A stretch of 64,000 bases of DNA, from assembly GCA_054600435.1 (NCBI GenBank), contig BAAIJX010000002.1, positions 558,001-622,000 on the forward strand, given 5' to 3'. Each line of letters opens with the position of its first letter. The stretch's first letter is position 1. The DNA comes from Neophaeotheca triangularis (lineage: Eukaryota). The notes beneath the pieces are model-generated. The model was not told the origin of the DNA, searched no databases, and saw only the letters and a program-made list of their open reading frames with translations. Position numbers and translations under genes: made by a program. This document shows positions 47,260-59,984 of this stretch, one piece after another.

Positions 47260-48491
47260 ATGAGCCACATCACCGGAAAGGTAGTCGTCCGGGAGGCCAG
47301 CCATGCCGGCTCATGGTACTCGTCAAACGGCAACGAGCTGTCCTCCAAACTCGACGGATGGCTAAGTGCAGTCTCGTCGCCAGTGCAATACATCTGCCCA
47401 GAGTCCAGCGGTGAGACTGCCTCTGAGCTGCCAGTAAGGGGCGCCCGAGTCATCATTGCCCCGTGAGTTCAACCTCCAGCTGCACCTACTCTGGCCGTGG
47501 CTTTTGCTGAGACCTTCTCTAGGCATGCCGGATACTCGTATTCGGGTCCTGCTGCTGCTTGGGCATATAAGTCATGGGATGTCTCCAAAGCGTAAGTACC
47601 CAGCCTGTGGCTCCTTCGTCCAGCCACCCGAGCCGCAATATCAACGAGGGCCATTATTTCGCCTCTGTTCCTCGATTTCAAGAGTACTGCAGTCGGGAAT
47701 GGGAGGAGAATGCCAACATGAAGCTTGTGCGACTAACCTGCCATAGCAAGCGCGTCTTCCTCTTAGGCCCCTCCCACCACTATTACCTCAGAGGTGCAGC
47801 CCTTTCGAAATGCACCCACTACGCCACCCCCATGGGAAACTTGACAATCGACCGCGAAACCGTCGACATCCTCCACAGCGGTGCCAACTTCGAATGGATG
47901 TCTCAAGACACAGACGAAGACGAGCACAGCCTAGAGATGCACCTTCCGTACATCCACAAGATTCTCTCCCAAAACTTTGGCATATCTGAAATGCCTCCGA
48001 TAGTCCCAATCATGATCGGCAACACTTCTGCCAGCATTGAGAAACATCTCGGTACCTTGCTCGCCCCTTATCTTAAAGACCCGGCAAACGCCTTCGTCGT
48101 CTCCTCGGACTTTGCCCACTGGGGTTCACGATTCAGGTACACATACTATCAGCCATCCTCTGGGCCAGCGATCTCATTGAAGTCTTCAGCCAAGCCGCCT
48201 ACCGACCCGGAAATTCACGAATCCATCAAGCAAGTTGATTTCGAATGCATGGGCGCCTGCGAGAGTGGCAGCCATGATGCGTGGTTGGACAAGCTGTCTG
48301 AGACAGGAAATACTGTCTGCGGACGCCATCCCATTGGTGTGGTGATGGCCGGTCTGGAGGAAGTGGCTAAGGTTGATGGCCGGGAGGGCAGACCCCCTGG
48401 GTTCAAGTTTGTGAGGTATGAGCGGAGTAGTGAGGTGAGGAGGGTCGGGGAAAGCAGTGTGAGCTATGCGAGCGCTTTTGCTGTGGTTTGA
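47260..48491 (+). CDS. MHO1: MEMO1 family protein
   Basis: REASHAGSWY, IIAPHAGYSYSG, LGPSHH, DEHSLEMH, SSDFAHWG and NTVCGRHPI motifs. Exons 47260-47462, 47523-47591, 47747-48491. Confidence 0.95.
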
Positions 48492-49735
48492 GAAGGGGTA
48501 GGTATGGTCAGCTGTGGCAAAGAGGACATGAGTTGACGATTGATGATGGATCAGATGGTTACATTGAGACGTGCAGACCACACGAGTACAAGTGAATAAA
48601 GCACGAATACAGCATGATTTCATATGTGAAACTCAACGATAGTGGGCGCAACACATCGCAATCTGAGCAAAGTATCGAGCACAGCAAAAGTTGGCATCCT
48701 ATACAGCGGAGACACATCCCCCGAGCCGGCGTCAACCCAGACTCGCCTCAGATTCATGGACCCCCACGTTGTATCCAGGCGCAGAGCCCAAGCTCGCAAA
48801 AGACATAAAGTGATCGACGAAGCTTCACAGGTCGAGAAAAAACCCCATACCTTCGGACTTTACATGAAACGGCTTGGCGGAGGCGCAGCAGCTTATAGAG
48901 CGTCGCTTGGATTGCAAGAGGACTTCCCTGCACTCGGCGACCTTCTATGGCATATGGCTACAACGGAAATTTGCGCTTGTCTCGAGCCTCTGGTGCTTGT
49001 CCCTACTGCTTAAGGTCGGGGCTCCGCATTCGAATGTTTGGAATTTTTAGAATTCTGCTGGCTGCTGGCCGCCTCATCCTGCTTGGGTGCAATTACTGCC
49101 GACGCTGAGATGTTCGCCATCGATATTATAGGCGATGATCAAGTCTCTTTACCATTGCATGATGCGTACGTATCGTCCTACTAACCTGTACCCGAGAATT
49201 TTGTGGTTGTACGTTTGATCGCCCGAACGCATAACACGTGCCCCTTAAGCCGGCCTCGAGGACGTTGGAGTGCGAGAGTGCCACCGTTCCTAACCCTGCC
49301 TTGTCCAATGGCTTGGTGCGAATGTTTCATGTATCATTTCATGCATACACTCTTACTGATGTGCAGAGAGTGCTTCTAGAGGCGTGCTTGTTCCGTTTGA
49401 AACAGGGATGGGCTAATATGTTCGAGACAGAGCGAGAAGTGTCAAGGAGCGACAGACGTCAAGGCCTGCAGGGTGAGAGCTAACGAGGTAGTCAATCCAT
49501 TCGACAGACTCGCTTTGATTTCGAGGTATCATAAGTAGAGACTCCCGCCTCGTTTTGGGGCTGCTCCTTCCTCTACTAAACATACACAACTAGACCTTGA
49601 CGGTTTTATCCTTCCTCAAAGCACTCTCTTCACACCTTGCGACTGGTCGCAGGCGATTTACATTCGTTAGCAAAGCAAAATTATCACCACTTCCCGCCAA
49701 AGCCCGTCCAATTCGCCCTTTCTAGGCACATCAAC

Positions 49736-50749
49736 ATGCGATACCTTACTGTTTCGATTTTGGGCCTTGCCCTGGGTGTTTCTGCCTTCCCTTCACCGCA
49801 ATGGGGTCACGAACACAACTTTCCGAGCTTTCCTTTCGGCGGCTCTGAGCATTGGGAAAACGACCCTGCTCTTGCCCCCATCAGCGACCCAGCTCCCAGC
49901 GACCCTGTCTCTGCCCCTGAGGTCGCCGACCCAAGCGAAATAGTGGACAGCACCTCCAGCGCCATCACCACCGCTGCACCAGAGCCCAACACTGGCTCCG
50001 CCACTTCTGGAGGCGAGATGCCACCTTCGTCCGGCACATCCATCCTCTCCGCTGTCCAAACCATCGCCGCAGGAGAGTCCTTCGACGGCGGCATGCTGAC
50101 CTACGACCGCGGCGTCTCCTGCACCGGGCAAGTGGAAGGCGGCTCCGCCGACACAGTCTTCACGCTCGAGGAAGGCGCGTCGCTCAGCAACGTCATCGTC
50201 GGCCCCAACCAAATCGAAGGCATCCACTGCTACGGATCCTGCACGCTCACGAACGTGTGGTGGGCTGAAGTTTGCGAAGACGCTTTCACCATCAAGGAGC
50301 AGGCTGATGGCGCCATGACTACCATCACTGGTGGCGGCGCCTTTCACGCCGAGGACAAGGTTCTTCAACACAACGGCGGCGGCTCGCTCACGGTCCAGGG
50401 CTTCACGGTCGACGACTTTGGCAAGCTTTATCGCTCCTGCGGGAACTGCGATTCCATGCCCGAGCGCCACGTTATCATGGACGATATCACTGCCTCCAAT
50501 GGCAAATGGCTTGTTGGTGAGTAGTAGAGACTGCGTAAGCTATTTGTCGAAAGACGCGAGATTGACTTGAGATTAGGTATCAATTCCAATTACGGCGACA
50601 CTGCTACTCTGAGCAACATCAGGGTCACCGACATTGGCGAGATCTGTACCACTTACACTGGCAACGATACGGGTGATGAGCCTGAGGAGAATGGCAGCGG
50701 TCCTAGCTCCAGTTGTATTTACACAGAGGCAGACATCAGTGATGCTTAG
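49736..50749 (+). CDS. Secreted pectate lyase, PL3 family
   Basis: Signal peptide; VCEDA, DKVLQHNG, GKLYRSCGNC and GINSNYGDTA motifs. Intron at 50517-50576. Confidence 0.95.
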
Positions 50750-50945
50750 GTCTGTGGCTTGCGTCGAACGAGCAAGAAGGCGATCCCGCGGGCGAAAGAA
50801 GGGGCTTCGTGTCGTGAGTGCAATATCGATGGGTTAGGGCAGTTGAAGGGCATCAGTTGAAACGGGAGCCTGCCGTGGCTGCCGCGGCGTCCCATTCGCG
50901 TAGTACAAAAATGGCCCTACTGATTGTCCGGCTCAACTATCGCAC

Positions 50946-52054
50946 TCATCTCCTGCCTTCATCACCGGGAAGCTGATATCTCTCAGACCCATCCCCTTCA
51001 TACGGTCTATCGTTCCCGTGCAACTCGTTTGGGCCCAGAGGATAGTACTGCACGGGTGTGACGCTAGCCTGAGCCTTTTCGTGCGGCGACATTGTTGCGC
51101 CTTCAGCCGTCCTGCCGTGGTTTGCAGGAGCCGCGTAGGAGTGATTCTTGCCTACGAACCAACCACGTCTTTTACCGAAGAAGAGTATCAAACCGAACGC
51201 AGTCAGGAGAGCAACAATGGGGATGACAATGGCGATTATTAGCGTTGTTTGAGACACTGTATTGCTGTTGTCGGAAGCGTTAGGCGAGCCTGGGGATTCC
51301 GGGTCTGGGCTTTCTGTGGGCCGGTCAGACCTTGTAGCAGGGCTCGAGGTCGAGCTGGAAGACACTAGGGTGGACGTACTGGAATCGGAGGGCGAGGGCT
51401 CGGAAGTTTCCGTAAAGGTCGGTAGGTCTTACCAACGTCAGCAATCTCGAAGAAGATGGGTCTCCGGCTGCTCGACATCGGGTGCACTCACAACCTGCAA
51501 TGTCTCTTGGGCGTCCCGAGGGGCATTGGGCACCCGAGTCGAGCCCGCCGTCTTCAGCGTCGAGTATCGCAAAATAGCCCGAGTAAGCGACGTCCCATAG
51601 CTCGATTTCAACTCAAGGGTAAAATTGCAGCCACTGCTGACGCCCCTGCCATTCTTCAAGATAGAGTTGTCCTCTGAAGCTCGCCACGCAGCAGAGCCGT
51701 TATTCTGGTGCGTTTCTACGGGAGGTGAGTAGGACTGTCTACGAGCCGGTGTAAACAGAATTGGGGCATACGCCATATAATAGCGACCGTGGCAAGCTCG
51801 TCGATAGTGCCACCTTGGCGCAGGGTTACCATCACTGGACGATTAGACAACCGTATCGGAACAGTCCATTCGATTGGAACTACCCGTTCGTCGTTTCGGT
51901 CGCCCACGGGAACAGTGTCGCCTTCCGCCGGTGAGGTGACTTCGAACGATTCCTGTCGGCGTACTAGACGTCCAAGGACGCTGGGCTTTTGGCACGCTGC
52001 GAGAGGAACAACGAACGCTCCAACAAGAGCAGCGGACCACGAAACGAAACGCAT
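50946..52054 (-). pseudogene. Type-I membrane protein (signal peptide, Kre9/KNH-N-like domain, S/T stalk, TM) with an apparent 1-nt frameshift
   Basis: Introns 51771-51716 and about 51490-51428 are consistent, but exon 2 enters in one frame and must exit in another near 51595. Confidence 0.55.
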
Positions 52055-52832
52055 TGCTGTACCAAATGTGTGAGGGTGGTGGCGGTACAGGTGGATGACA
52101 CGATAAGAAGTCCGGTCAGAGCAAGAGGTCGAGAAGAGCATTAAGAACCCAAGCGGGACGTCTACGATACCAATGTCAGCGTCCACTGGCGCTTGGGGCG
52201 TAGCCAAACGCGGCTTGTGGTACCAGTCTTAGCCCAGACGGTAAGCATTAAGCGATGCCAAGTTGCCTGACATTTTTTATCCCTGAAGACTGAGAAGACG
52301 CCTTAGACATTGTTTAGAAGTCGCGGAATCATGCGCTGAGATCGATGCCCATCGAAGGTGACGCCCACGTTGGCAGCTGACTTGGCTGAATCCTTACATG
52401 CGCGCGCTTTTTCGAGGTGCGCGGAAACATCGTCAATGCAAAACAAGGCTACAATGGTCAATAACGATATAGCTCGGGCAGCCACTGTTGCTCAGCCACC
52501 GCCATGCAGGCTCGAAAGAGCGCCTGATCTCCCGCATGCATCATATGGGCACGAGTCAGCGAATCGAGGCTATAGAATTTCCCTCTTCGGTGAGGGTAAG
52601 CGAGTACCATGGATGTCAACTTCTCTAGGTTGGTAGGAGTTAGTAGGAGCTGGATTGTATGGTGAGGTGAAGTCGGCATCCGCGCGGAACGAGCGAGCTA
52701 GTAACAGCTTCCCATCCCGATTTCCCCAGTCCCCTACAGTCTTGCTCACCAATATGCTACCGGAACTCTTCAATGACAAGACAGATTTGTCTGCTTCGTT
52801 GCGCTCACTTTCGAATTGATGCTTCGTCTTCT

Positions 52833-54480
52833 CTACTGGACCGAGAGATGCACGCCATGCCTGTTGTGAAAACTGAAAGCCGTCGCTTCTTGCCAAGGCC
52901 TCTCATCTTCGGGCCTAAGACTTGTGATTTCCTGCGCCAGCCTGACAGCACTGTAGGCCAGCATCGACCAACCGACGTCTTTGCCTAGAAAAGAAATGAG
53001 CTCTTCGTCCTCGAAACGACTGTCCAAAAGTGCGGCTTGCTCACCTGGACACCGTCTCGGCCCAGCACCAAACCCAAGGTACTCAAAAGTGGCAGGATTG
53101 GCTTGCGCCCACCGCTCCGGACGAAAGGTATCGACGTCTGGACCGAAAACCCCCTCATTCCGGTAGAGCGCGTAATTGCTGTAGACCACGTACGAGCCCT
53201 TGGACACGTAGAGCGGGTCCTCTCCACAGGCACCACCTCCGCGCGGAAGTACCGTATCGTGGATAGCCACTCTTCCGTGTACCGAGAGAGTCGGCCGAAT
53301 ACGAATTGCTGCAACCTTCTTCAGTATTTGACCTGCTTCGTTGTTTTGTTTTTGGGCTGAACTTACTTTCCTTGATCGTCCACTGGAGATATTGCATCCC
53401 TTTGAGGTCGGATAGCGTTGGGAGCCGCCCTTGTAGGGTCTGTTCGACTTCGTCGCGTAGTTTTGCCCACGAGTCTGCGCTCCTCGCGAGGCAATAGAAC
53501 ATCTCGCTCAAGGCTATACCCACGCTATCATGAGCGGGCAGCAAAAGATTCAGGAGCTCGCTTCGGATACGGACAGTGTCACTGGAAAGTGACAGAAACC
53601 CTTCAATCACGCCAGCCTTGGACTCTGTCGATGGAGCACTTTTTAGAGGTGCCATGGTTTCAGTCTTCCTCCGTCGCACAGCGGCTTCGATCCTCTGATC
53701 TACCCGATCGAAAACCCGGCGCTGAGCCCACTTGAAACCCCTTCCGTAAGAAAGCTCAGCCAAGAAGGGAATCTGATTTACGAATATCGTCAAGAAGCGA
53801 GCCATTTTTCCGAGGAACGTGAAGTCTCGAGCGAATTGTCGTTGCGTATCTAGCTCTTCCGACGGCAAGTCGAGTAATATGTCCGCGGCGAGATTAAAAG
53901 TGTAGCGGAAGATCAGCTCGCGGAACTCGAATGGTTGGCCATGGCGACTTTTCAGCTCAGTCAACATCACTTGAACGTGCTTTTCGAATTTGTCGACGTC
54001 GAACGCGGAACGCAGTCCAGCGGCACTAACAAGCACTCGAGAGTGCCGCCAGTTATCCCCTCCGGAAGCGAAGATGCCCTCGCCAAAGAGCACCCTTATC
54101 AGCTTTCGCCTAGCAGGAATAATGGTGTAGTCCTCGAAGTTCGTCTTCATGATCGTCTCCAAGTTGCAAGGATCGATGGTGTTGAAAACTTTCCGATGAA
54201 GAACATGGGAAGTGTGCGTGACACCAGACTTTTCGAAGCGCTGACGGAGTCCTAGGGTGAACTGATGAGTGATGATTTTGTGCGTGTTCTCGGCCACAAA
54301 GTCTAGTCCGAAAAGCAGGGGGAAACGGAGGGACGTCGAAGTCGCTGGCTTACATCCATGCCGCTCCATGAAGGCTTGTTGTCGGCGATGGACCCGGATT
54401 GTTTGCAAAGTCCTTGTCAGAATCCCAAGGGTCAACAGGCATAGAAAGAGGAGAACCCAAGGTCCGTCAGTGGAAACCAT
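52833..54480 (-). CDS. Cytochrome P450, CYP52-clan-like
   Basis: N-terminal TM, TIDP.N, ETIR (ExxR across the intron starting at 53366), DTVLPRGGG, FRPERW and FGAGPRRCPG heme motif. Confidence 0.9.
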
Positions 54481-56170
54481 GTTCGCAAGTTGTTATGTCT
54501 CGACCAAAAGCTGCTGCAAAGCCACGGCTAACAAGAACGAGGACGAGTCTTCAGAAGATCATTTTGTAGGGAGAAGTATCCCTTTAGCCCAAAAAGCTGA
54601 GCTGAGCCTACAGAGATGCATATTGATCACGCAGCATGTGTCGCCCATTCAAACGAGGCTGATGTGGCCACAAGCTGTGACAAGCACAATAATGGTCTTG
54701 ATCGAACCGGTTGGATCTGGCTTCCATCAGGTCTAAGGTTGCAACTAGCTAGACTTATCACGAACGAGCCTGAGGACCAACAATATCATTATCCTATTGG
54801 TTGTATTAGCAAAACCGGTGAGACCAACGTCAACGACCGATCAGACCGACGCACGTGAAAAATATGCACGGTGAGTTGGTACGAGGCTTGGGCCGAGTCT
54901 TAGGGTTGGTGGGGAAGCAATGTTGTTAGTTGGTTGTGCATATATGCACAAAAGCTACTATCAGAGGACTGAACGCCACGCTACCACATGATTGAAGTTA
55001 GCGCTACTCATATCATGTCTTCTAGGTTGGGTTTGCTCGAACTTGGAGAGCGTCTGATTGCCAGTGTTGATTTCTGCGTCGATTTTTGTAAGTCCCGATA
55101 GAGCTCACGGCGAGGTTTGGGACCTTCGTGCGTATGCAAAAGGTAATGCTTGCGGCCTCAGCTGGCTTAGACGTTCAAGGCAATTCACCCTTCAAACAAG
55201 GTCTCCAGAGCGACATGTTTGTTTTGGTCATCTGATCAGAGGCTCAAGTATGCAACGAAGGTCAGCTCCGACACGTAGCGAGATGTGAGAGGAGAACGAG
55301 ACGGCTTTCCTGTCCAGATGGCTGAAATTGGTAACAGAAGTCGGCGCTTAGGTACAGAATCTATCGACATTTCTCTTGGAAGGAACGCGAGAGGCGTAAG
55401 TCGCTCGTGCGGTCTTCGTCCTCGGCGACGTCTTCGATAGCATTCGGGTGTTGACATGCTCGTAATGGCGCAGCTATGATTGGCATACTTTGAATGGCCA
55501 GGTGATTGAGGCCGCCGCTGACGGCGCAGCCACGTCCAAGCCCGGAAGAAACGTAGGATTCCGTTGCCGCTCGAAAATGATGGTTCGCCTCGATCAAGTA
55601 GGCAGAACTACGTTGCCATCTGAATGCGTTGTTGCGTAGTGGCAACATGGGTAAAGTCAGGGTACCTGAGAATATGAGAAGGGAAAAAGCGACGGGGAGT
55701 GTGCAGGATGGTGTCGGCATGTTGGCTCGGGACCTGCTCGGGCCGAGCCAAAGACAGTAATAAGACTGAAGACACCTTGCCGCGTCCTCCCCCATTCCCT
55801 TCCCTGCCCGACGGCCGCTGCTTGACCACTTTCGACGCCTTCGAATCATGGCCAGGGCTACGAGACTTTCTAGCAATTCCAAATTCGTCGTGTTCTGGGG
55901 CAGGTCTCCACGAGACGGGAGTCCCGCCCGTAGTTCCAACGACATGAAGTGAGGGGCAATCAAGCGGTAGACTTTCCCCTCGTGCGGTGCGTACCCCTCG
56001 TGCCCCTCCACGCCCCTCCACGCCCCTCCTTCTACAGTTGGAATAGCTGCGGCATCTCGACGTGTATATATATATCTCTGTGTTTGTCCTACCCATCAAG
56101 GTATCTTATCTTCTTCACACCTGACCCGGGCAACATCTCGACCACTCACGTGAGAACTCCCCCACCAAAC

Positions 56171-56653
56171 ATGGCTAGCGGCAGTTGCATGTGTGGCGCC
56201 ATCGCCTACGAATACACCGGTAAGCAAACACCGGCCGCAACTCGGCCGACAACCAAAGCAAAAAGCCACGTCTTAACACCGATTCTGGGGGGATAACAAG
56301 GCGACGTAAACGGCACAGCCCTCTGCCACTGCGTCGACTGCCAAAAATGGACCGGCTCCGCCTACACCGCCAACGTGATAGTGCCTCGCACGAGCTTCAG
56401 CGTCAAAAAGGGCAGCCCCAAAACCTGGGACGTCACCGGCGACTCTGGGAAGATTAACAAGCATTTCTTTTGCGGCCAATGCGGCTCGAGCTTGTATACC
56501 GAGTTGGAGATTATGCCGGATGCGACCGTTATCAAGAGTGGGGGGCTCGATGGGAATGCGAAGAATCATCATGTGGGCATGGAGCTGTATACCAAGGATC
56601 GGTTGGCATATTGTAGTGCTGTTCAGGGGGCCGAGCAAAAGACGACGATGTAG
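56171..56653 (+). CDS. GFA/CENP-V (Mss4-like) zinc protein
   Basis: GSCMCGAI, CHCVDCQKWTG and FCGQCGSSL motifs. Intron at 56220-56300. Confidence 0.92.
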
Positions 56654-56855
56654 AGGAGGTTTGTCCGGGATGGAGATTCGTACAGCTTGAGATTTAAATG
56701 AATGCCATGAACTACGTGCCGTTAGCAAATATCACCGGTCGAAAAGTTCTGACTGTATAGCGATACGAATCACAGTCAGCTAGTTCATCACAACGACGAA
56801 TACCGGCAAGATACAGTTCCCCATTGGAACCTCAGCAATTCCTCCATCGACCAAA

Positions 56856-59297
56856 TCAACCTCTCCTCCTCCGCCTGAACTTCAGCTCATCCCCGTCATC
56901 CTCGTCTATATCTACAGCCTCCCTTGCCGGTGCCGCCTTGCTCTGCCTCGCCTTCTTCGCAGCCGGTCCATCTTGCTGAGCCGCTGGCCTCTTCACACTA
57001 GCCCTCTGCGTTTCCTTCCTCAGCGTCTGGCTTGCAGCCTCCGCCTGAGCAAGGTCCCTCGGCGTTCCGGCGTTCGCTTCGGGCATCACCTCGTCATTCT
57101 GCGGATCCGCGGCGTCCTCTTCGTAGCTGACCTGCAGTCTGCGTCTGAAGCGTGCCGCGTCGCCCGTGTCGTCACTCGTGGGAGCTAACTCCTGCTGGCG
57201 GACAGCCTGGGAAGCTTGTGGCTGGCTTTTTCTCTGGCTCTTGCTGTGGTTGAGGTTGGACGTAGACGCTGGGAGCCAGTACTTCTCGCCAATGCCGTGA
57301 CCTTTGCGAGGAACTTCTTCAAGGGTGACAATGACGCGCTGCAAGCGGGGCGCATCTGCTCGCTGGCCTTGGGGACGGAACTTTTTGAAGTTCTTGCGCC
57401 CGTTCCATTTGGGATCCCAGCGTTCGCTGTGAGGGTCGTGCTCAACTGTGCGGGCGGGTCGTTGACGCTCGGGCAGTCTCATCTCTTCTACCTTAACCAC
57501 GTCCTTGATCTTACTAATGTCGAGCCCTTTCTTGAACTCTGCCTCCAATTCCTCGTCCTTCTCTCTCTCCCTTTCTTCCTTGGCTCGACGCGCCGCAAGC
57601 GCCTTCATCACATCGATATCCTGGTCCTTCTTCTTCGGCAAGGCTTTGGTGACCTTGCTAGACTCCGATGGTGGAGGAGAAGGTTTAGCTTGCTTCTCCC
57701 ATTTGTCCGCATCACCGCGTTGAGCGGCCTCGAGCCGGCGACGCTTCAGAGCGTGCGCGCCTGTCAAATACGGCTCCAAGGTTGTCTCGGCAGCATCAAG
57801 CGCCTCTTGGGCAGATGCAGGACGCTTGAGTGAGTTTTGTTGTGTTTCGGCTTCGCGTGTTGGCTCATCGACGTCCATTGCTTCACCAGCGGCTTCCTTC
57901 TCCTCAGCTGGAGGCGGCTCTGGCGATTCAGAGGGTGCCTTCTTGAAGTCGCTGGGGTCATAGTCATCAACGTCCTTGAAACGTGATTGCGTGATTATGC
58001 GTCTCTTCCTGGGTACCGATGCCAGCGGACGAGCGGCCTGGTCTTCTTGAGCGGACGGTGGCGCCGAGTCACGATTGCTGGAAGCCGTCATGTTCTGAGT
58101 AATGGTTGGCCGCAGCTCCTCCATCTGACTTTGGGGGGCCGAGGGTGGCCTCTCTGACTGATGTGTAGGGGGTACGCTGTCTGGACCGTACTGAAGCAAT
58201 TCGTGAAGAGGATTGGTATTCAAGGTAAGTATGGCGTCTAGAAACTCGTTTGCTGCGATGAGTCGCTGATGAAGAGCGATCGCGAGCTTTCTGTCGAACT
58301 CGGCGTCACCAGACTCTACGACAACGATTCCGCCAGGTCCTGGATACTGGCTAAGATTGATCTGGCCTGGACCTTTCTGGCCAGCAATGTCCTTGATCTT
58401 CGAGGCTATGGACTCTACGCTCTCCCCTGTAGCCTGCATTTCGTGAATGGTTGCCTTGCCCTCGCCAGACTCCACCACAAAGCGAAGGTCGTCATAGCGT
58501 TGCTGCGTTAAAAAGACAAACACAAGGTCATGGAAGACTCCTTGCCTGGCTTGGTCTGGCCTCAGGAGCTCGGCAGGTCGCTGGACAGGCTCATTGCTGG
58601 ATGGTATCGGATACTCTGTCTCAGCAGGCCAGTTACTTTCGAAATCGAGCTCGAGCTTACTTGCGCCAACGCCGTCAACATTACCTCCATCCTTTGCGGT
58701 AACTGTCGCCAACGCGTCGACAAACCCTTCCACAACGATCCATCGACCTTCCACGAGTGCTTGCAAGCAACCCGGCGTGTTGCGTTTTGGAGATATCATG
58801 TGAGTCGTTTTTTGACTGACAAACTCGGCTGTGACTTTGATATCCGTATGTGCCAACCTCTGCCTGTAGTCATTCAACTTCTCCATCTTTTTGTTCCTCT
58901 TTCCAACACCAGAAATGCTCAGATTGACAGGCTGCCATCTGATCTTGAAGGTGGTGTCGTAGGTCCCCAGTCTTATAGTGTTGACGCTCTCAGTGAGCTT
59001 CAACGTTGTGCCCTTGATCTTCTCGCCATTTATGAAGGTGCAAGTCTTCGAATTGTCTTGAATTTCGATGTCGGTCTTCGCGCGGTGTAGTAAGGGATTG
59101 GCGTCCTGCTTGACCGCACCAACTTTGATCAGGACGTGCTTGCGAGAGACGGTCTTGTTCTCGATCCAGTGGACGCGAGGCTCGCGGGTGCCGTTGTCGT
59201 TTTTGCCGGTTGTACGGCCGATGATATGCTGGCTATCAGGCGGCAACCATTTCGTCTTGCCGCCAAAGAGACTGCCGTCGCAAGAGAGTAGCCACAT
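56856..59297 (-). CDS. NBS1: Nibrin/Xrs2 (MRN complex; RcaA-like)
   Basis: N-terminal FHA (GR..VSRKH), BRCT region, Mre11-binding KNFKKFR and C-terminal acidic DELKFRRRR. Confidence 0.92.
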   Translation of the reverse strand: MWLLSCDGSLFGGKTKWLPPDSQHIIGRTTGKNDNGTREPRVHWIENKTVSRKHVLIKVGAVKQDANPLLHRAKTDIEIQDNSKTCTFINGEKIKGTTLKLTESVNTIRLGTYDTTFKIRWQPVNLSISGVGKRNKKMEKLNDYRQRLAHTDIKVTAEFVSQKTTHMISPKRNTPGCLQALVEGRWIVVEGFVDALATVTAKDGGNVDGVGASKLELDFESNWPAETEYPIPSSNEPVQRPAELLRPDQARQGVFHDLVFVFLTQQRYDDLRFVVESGEGKATIHEMQATGESVESIASKIKDIAGQKGPGQINLSQYPGPGGIVVVESGDAEFDRKLAIALHQRLIAANEFLDAILTLNTNPLHELLQYGPDSVPPTHQSERPPSAPQSQMEELRPTITQNMTASSNRDSAPPSAQEDQAARPLASVPRKRRIITQSRFKDVDDYDPSDFKKAPSESPEPPPAEEKEAAGEAMDVDEPTREAETQQNSLKRPASAQEALDAAETTLEPYLTGAHALKRRRLEAAQRGDADKWEKQAKPSPPPSESSKVTKALPKKKDQDIDVMKALAARRAKEEREREKDEELEAEFKKGLDISKIKDVVKVEEMRLPERQRPARTVEHDPHSERWDPKWNGRKNFKKFRPQGQRADAPRLQRVIVTLEEVPRKGHGIGEKYWLPASTSNLNHSKSQRKSQPQASQAVRQQELAPTSDDTGDAARFRRRLQVSYEEDAADPQNDEVMPEANAGTPRDLAQAEAASQTLRKETQRASVKRPAAQQDGPAAKKARQSKAAPAREAVDIDEDDGDELKFRRRRRG

Positions 59298-59984
59298 CTC
59301 AATGGTTTTACTCAGTCATGTCGTATCCCAGCGGATGGTTGCTTGTCAAAACAATGGGGACATGCCTACCTCAAGCTCGAGACAAGAAGTTTAGGTTTAG
59401 GCAGGCGGCTTTGAGACCCGCGTCATGCACGCGGAGTCACGTGCATTCGATCAAACTTCCAAAAGCACTAAAGATAGCTACATCGGCGACGGCGGGAATA
59501 GTTTTGGAAATGAACAGCCGGTTGCAGTAGACACGTTTCTCGAAAGCATACCGTATGAACTTGAGAGGATATAGAAATATTGCAGCCTAGGTACTTAGTA
59601 GCACTTTTCCGCAGTGACTTGCTCCTTTTGCCAGTAAAAGAGTACAAGATTACAAGAGGCAATCGGCTTGATCTACTACGCGAGCGCGAGTTTTGTTGAG
59701 CGATCCATTTGATAAGACCGCAACTAAAGTAATATTACAATGGTGCACTAGCAATGCTCAAAGATCTAGAAATACACTTCTACGTGCCTTGTCTCTGTAA
59801 TTGGAGAGCCCCGGCACCTCATCCTTGGGACCCCTTTCAAAGCACAGTCGTGTCCTTCGATGTAAGCAGGGAGGGCTGGAGAATGACCAACTGTCCGTCT
59901 CATCTAAGATACTGACGAAAATCTTTGTCCCTGTTTCCATACGCCAATCGACAACTTTGGCTCCTCATAATTATGACTCAACCC

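Noticed and set aside
49289..49297. CCTAACCCT, a TTAGGG-type template-like 9-mer
   Set aside because: Only about 440 nt upstream of the pectate lyase ATG on the same strand, leaving no room or structure for a telomerase RNA.
50831..50839. GGGTTAGGG telomere-like 9-mer
   Set aside because: Single copy between convergent 3' ends; consistent with chance.
55361..56099. Minus-strand ORFs of 216 and 163 aa between the P450 and GFA genes
   Set aside because: No motifs; they overlap the GFA promoter and look like spurious GC-rich ORFs.
36006..56653. Formaldehyde-detoxification cluster (GFA plus S-formylglutathione hydrolase)
   Set aside because: The genes are about 20 kb apart with unrelated genes between, and the dehydrogenase is absent.
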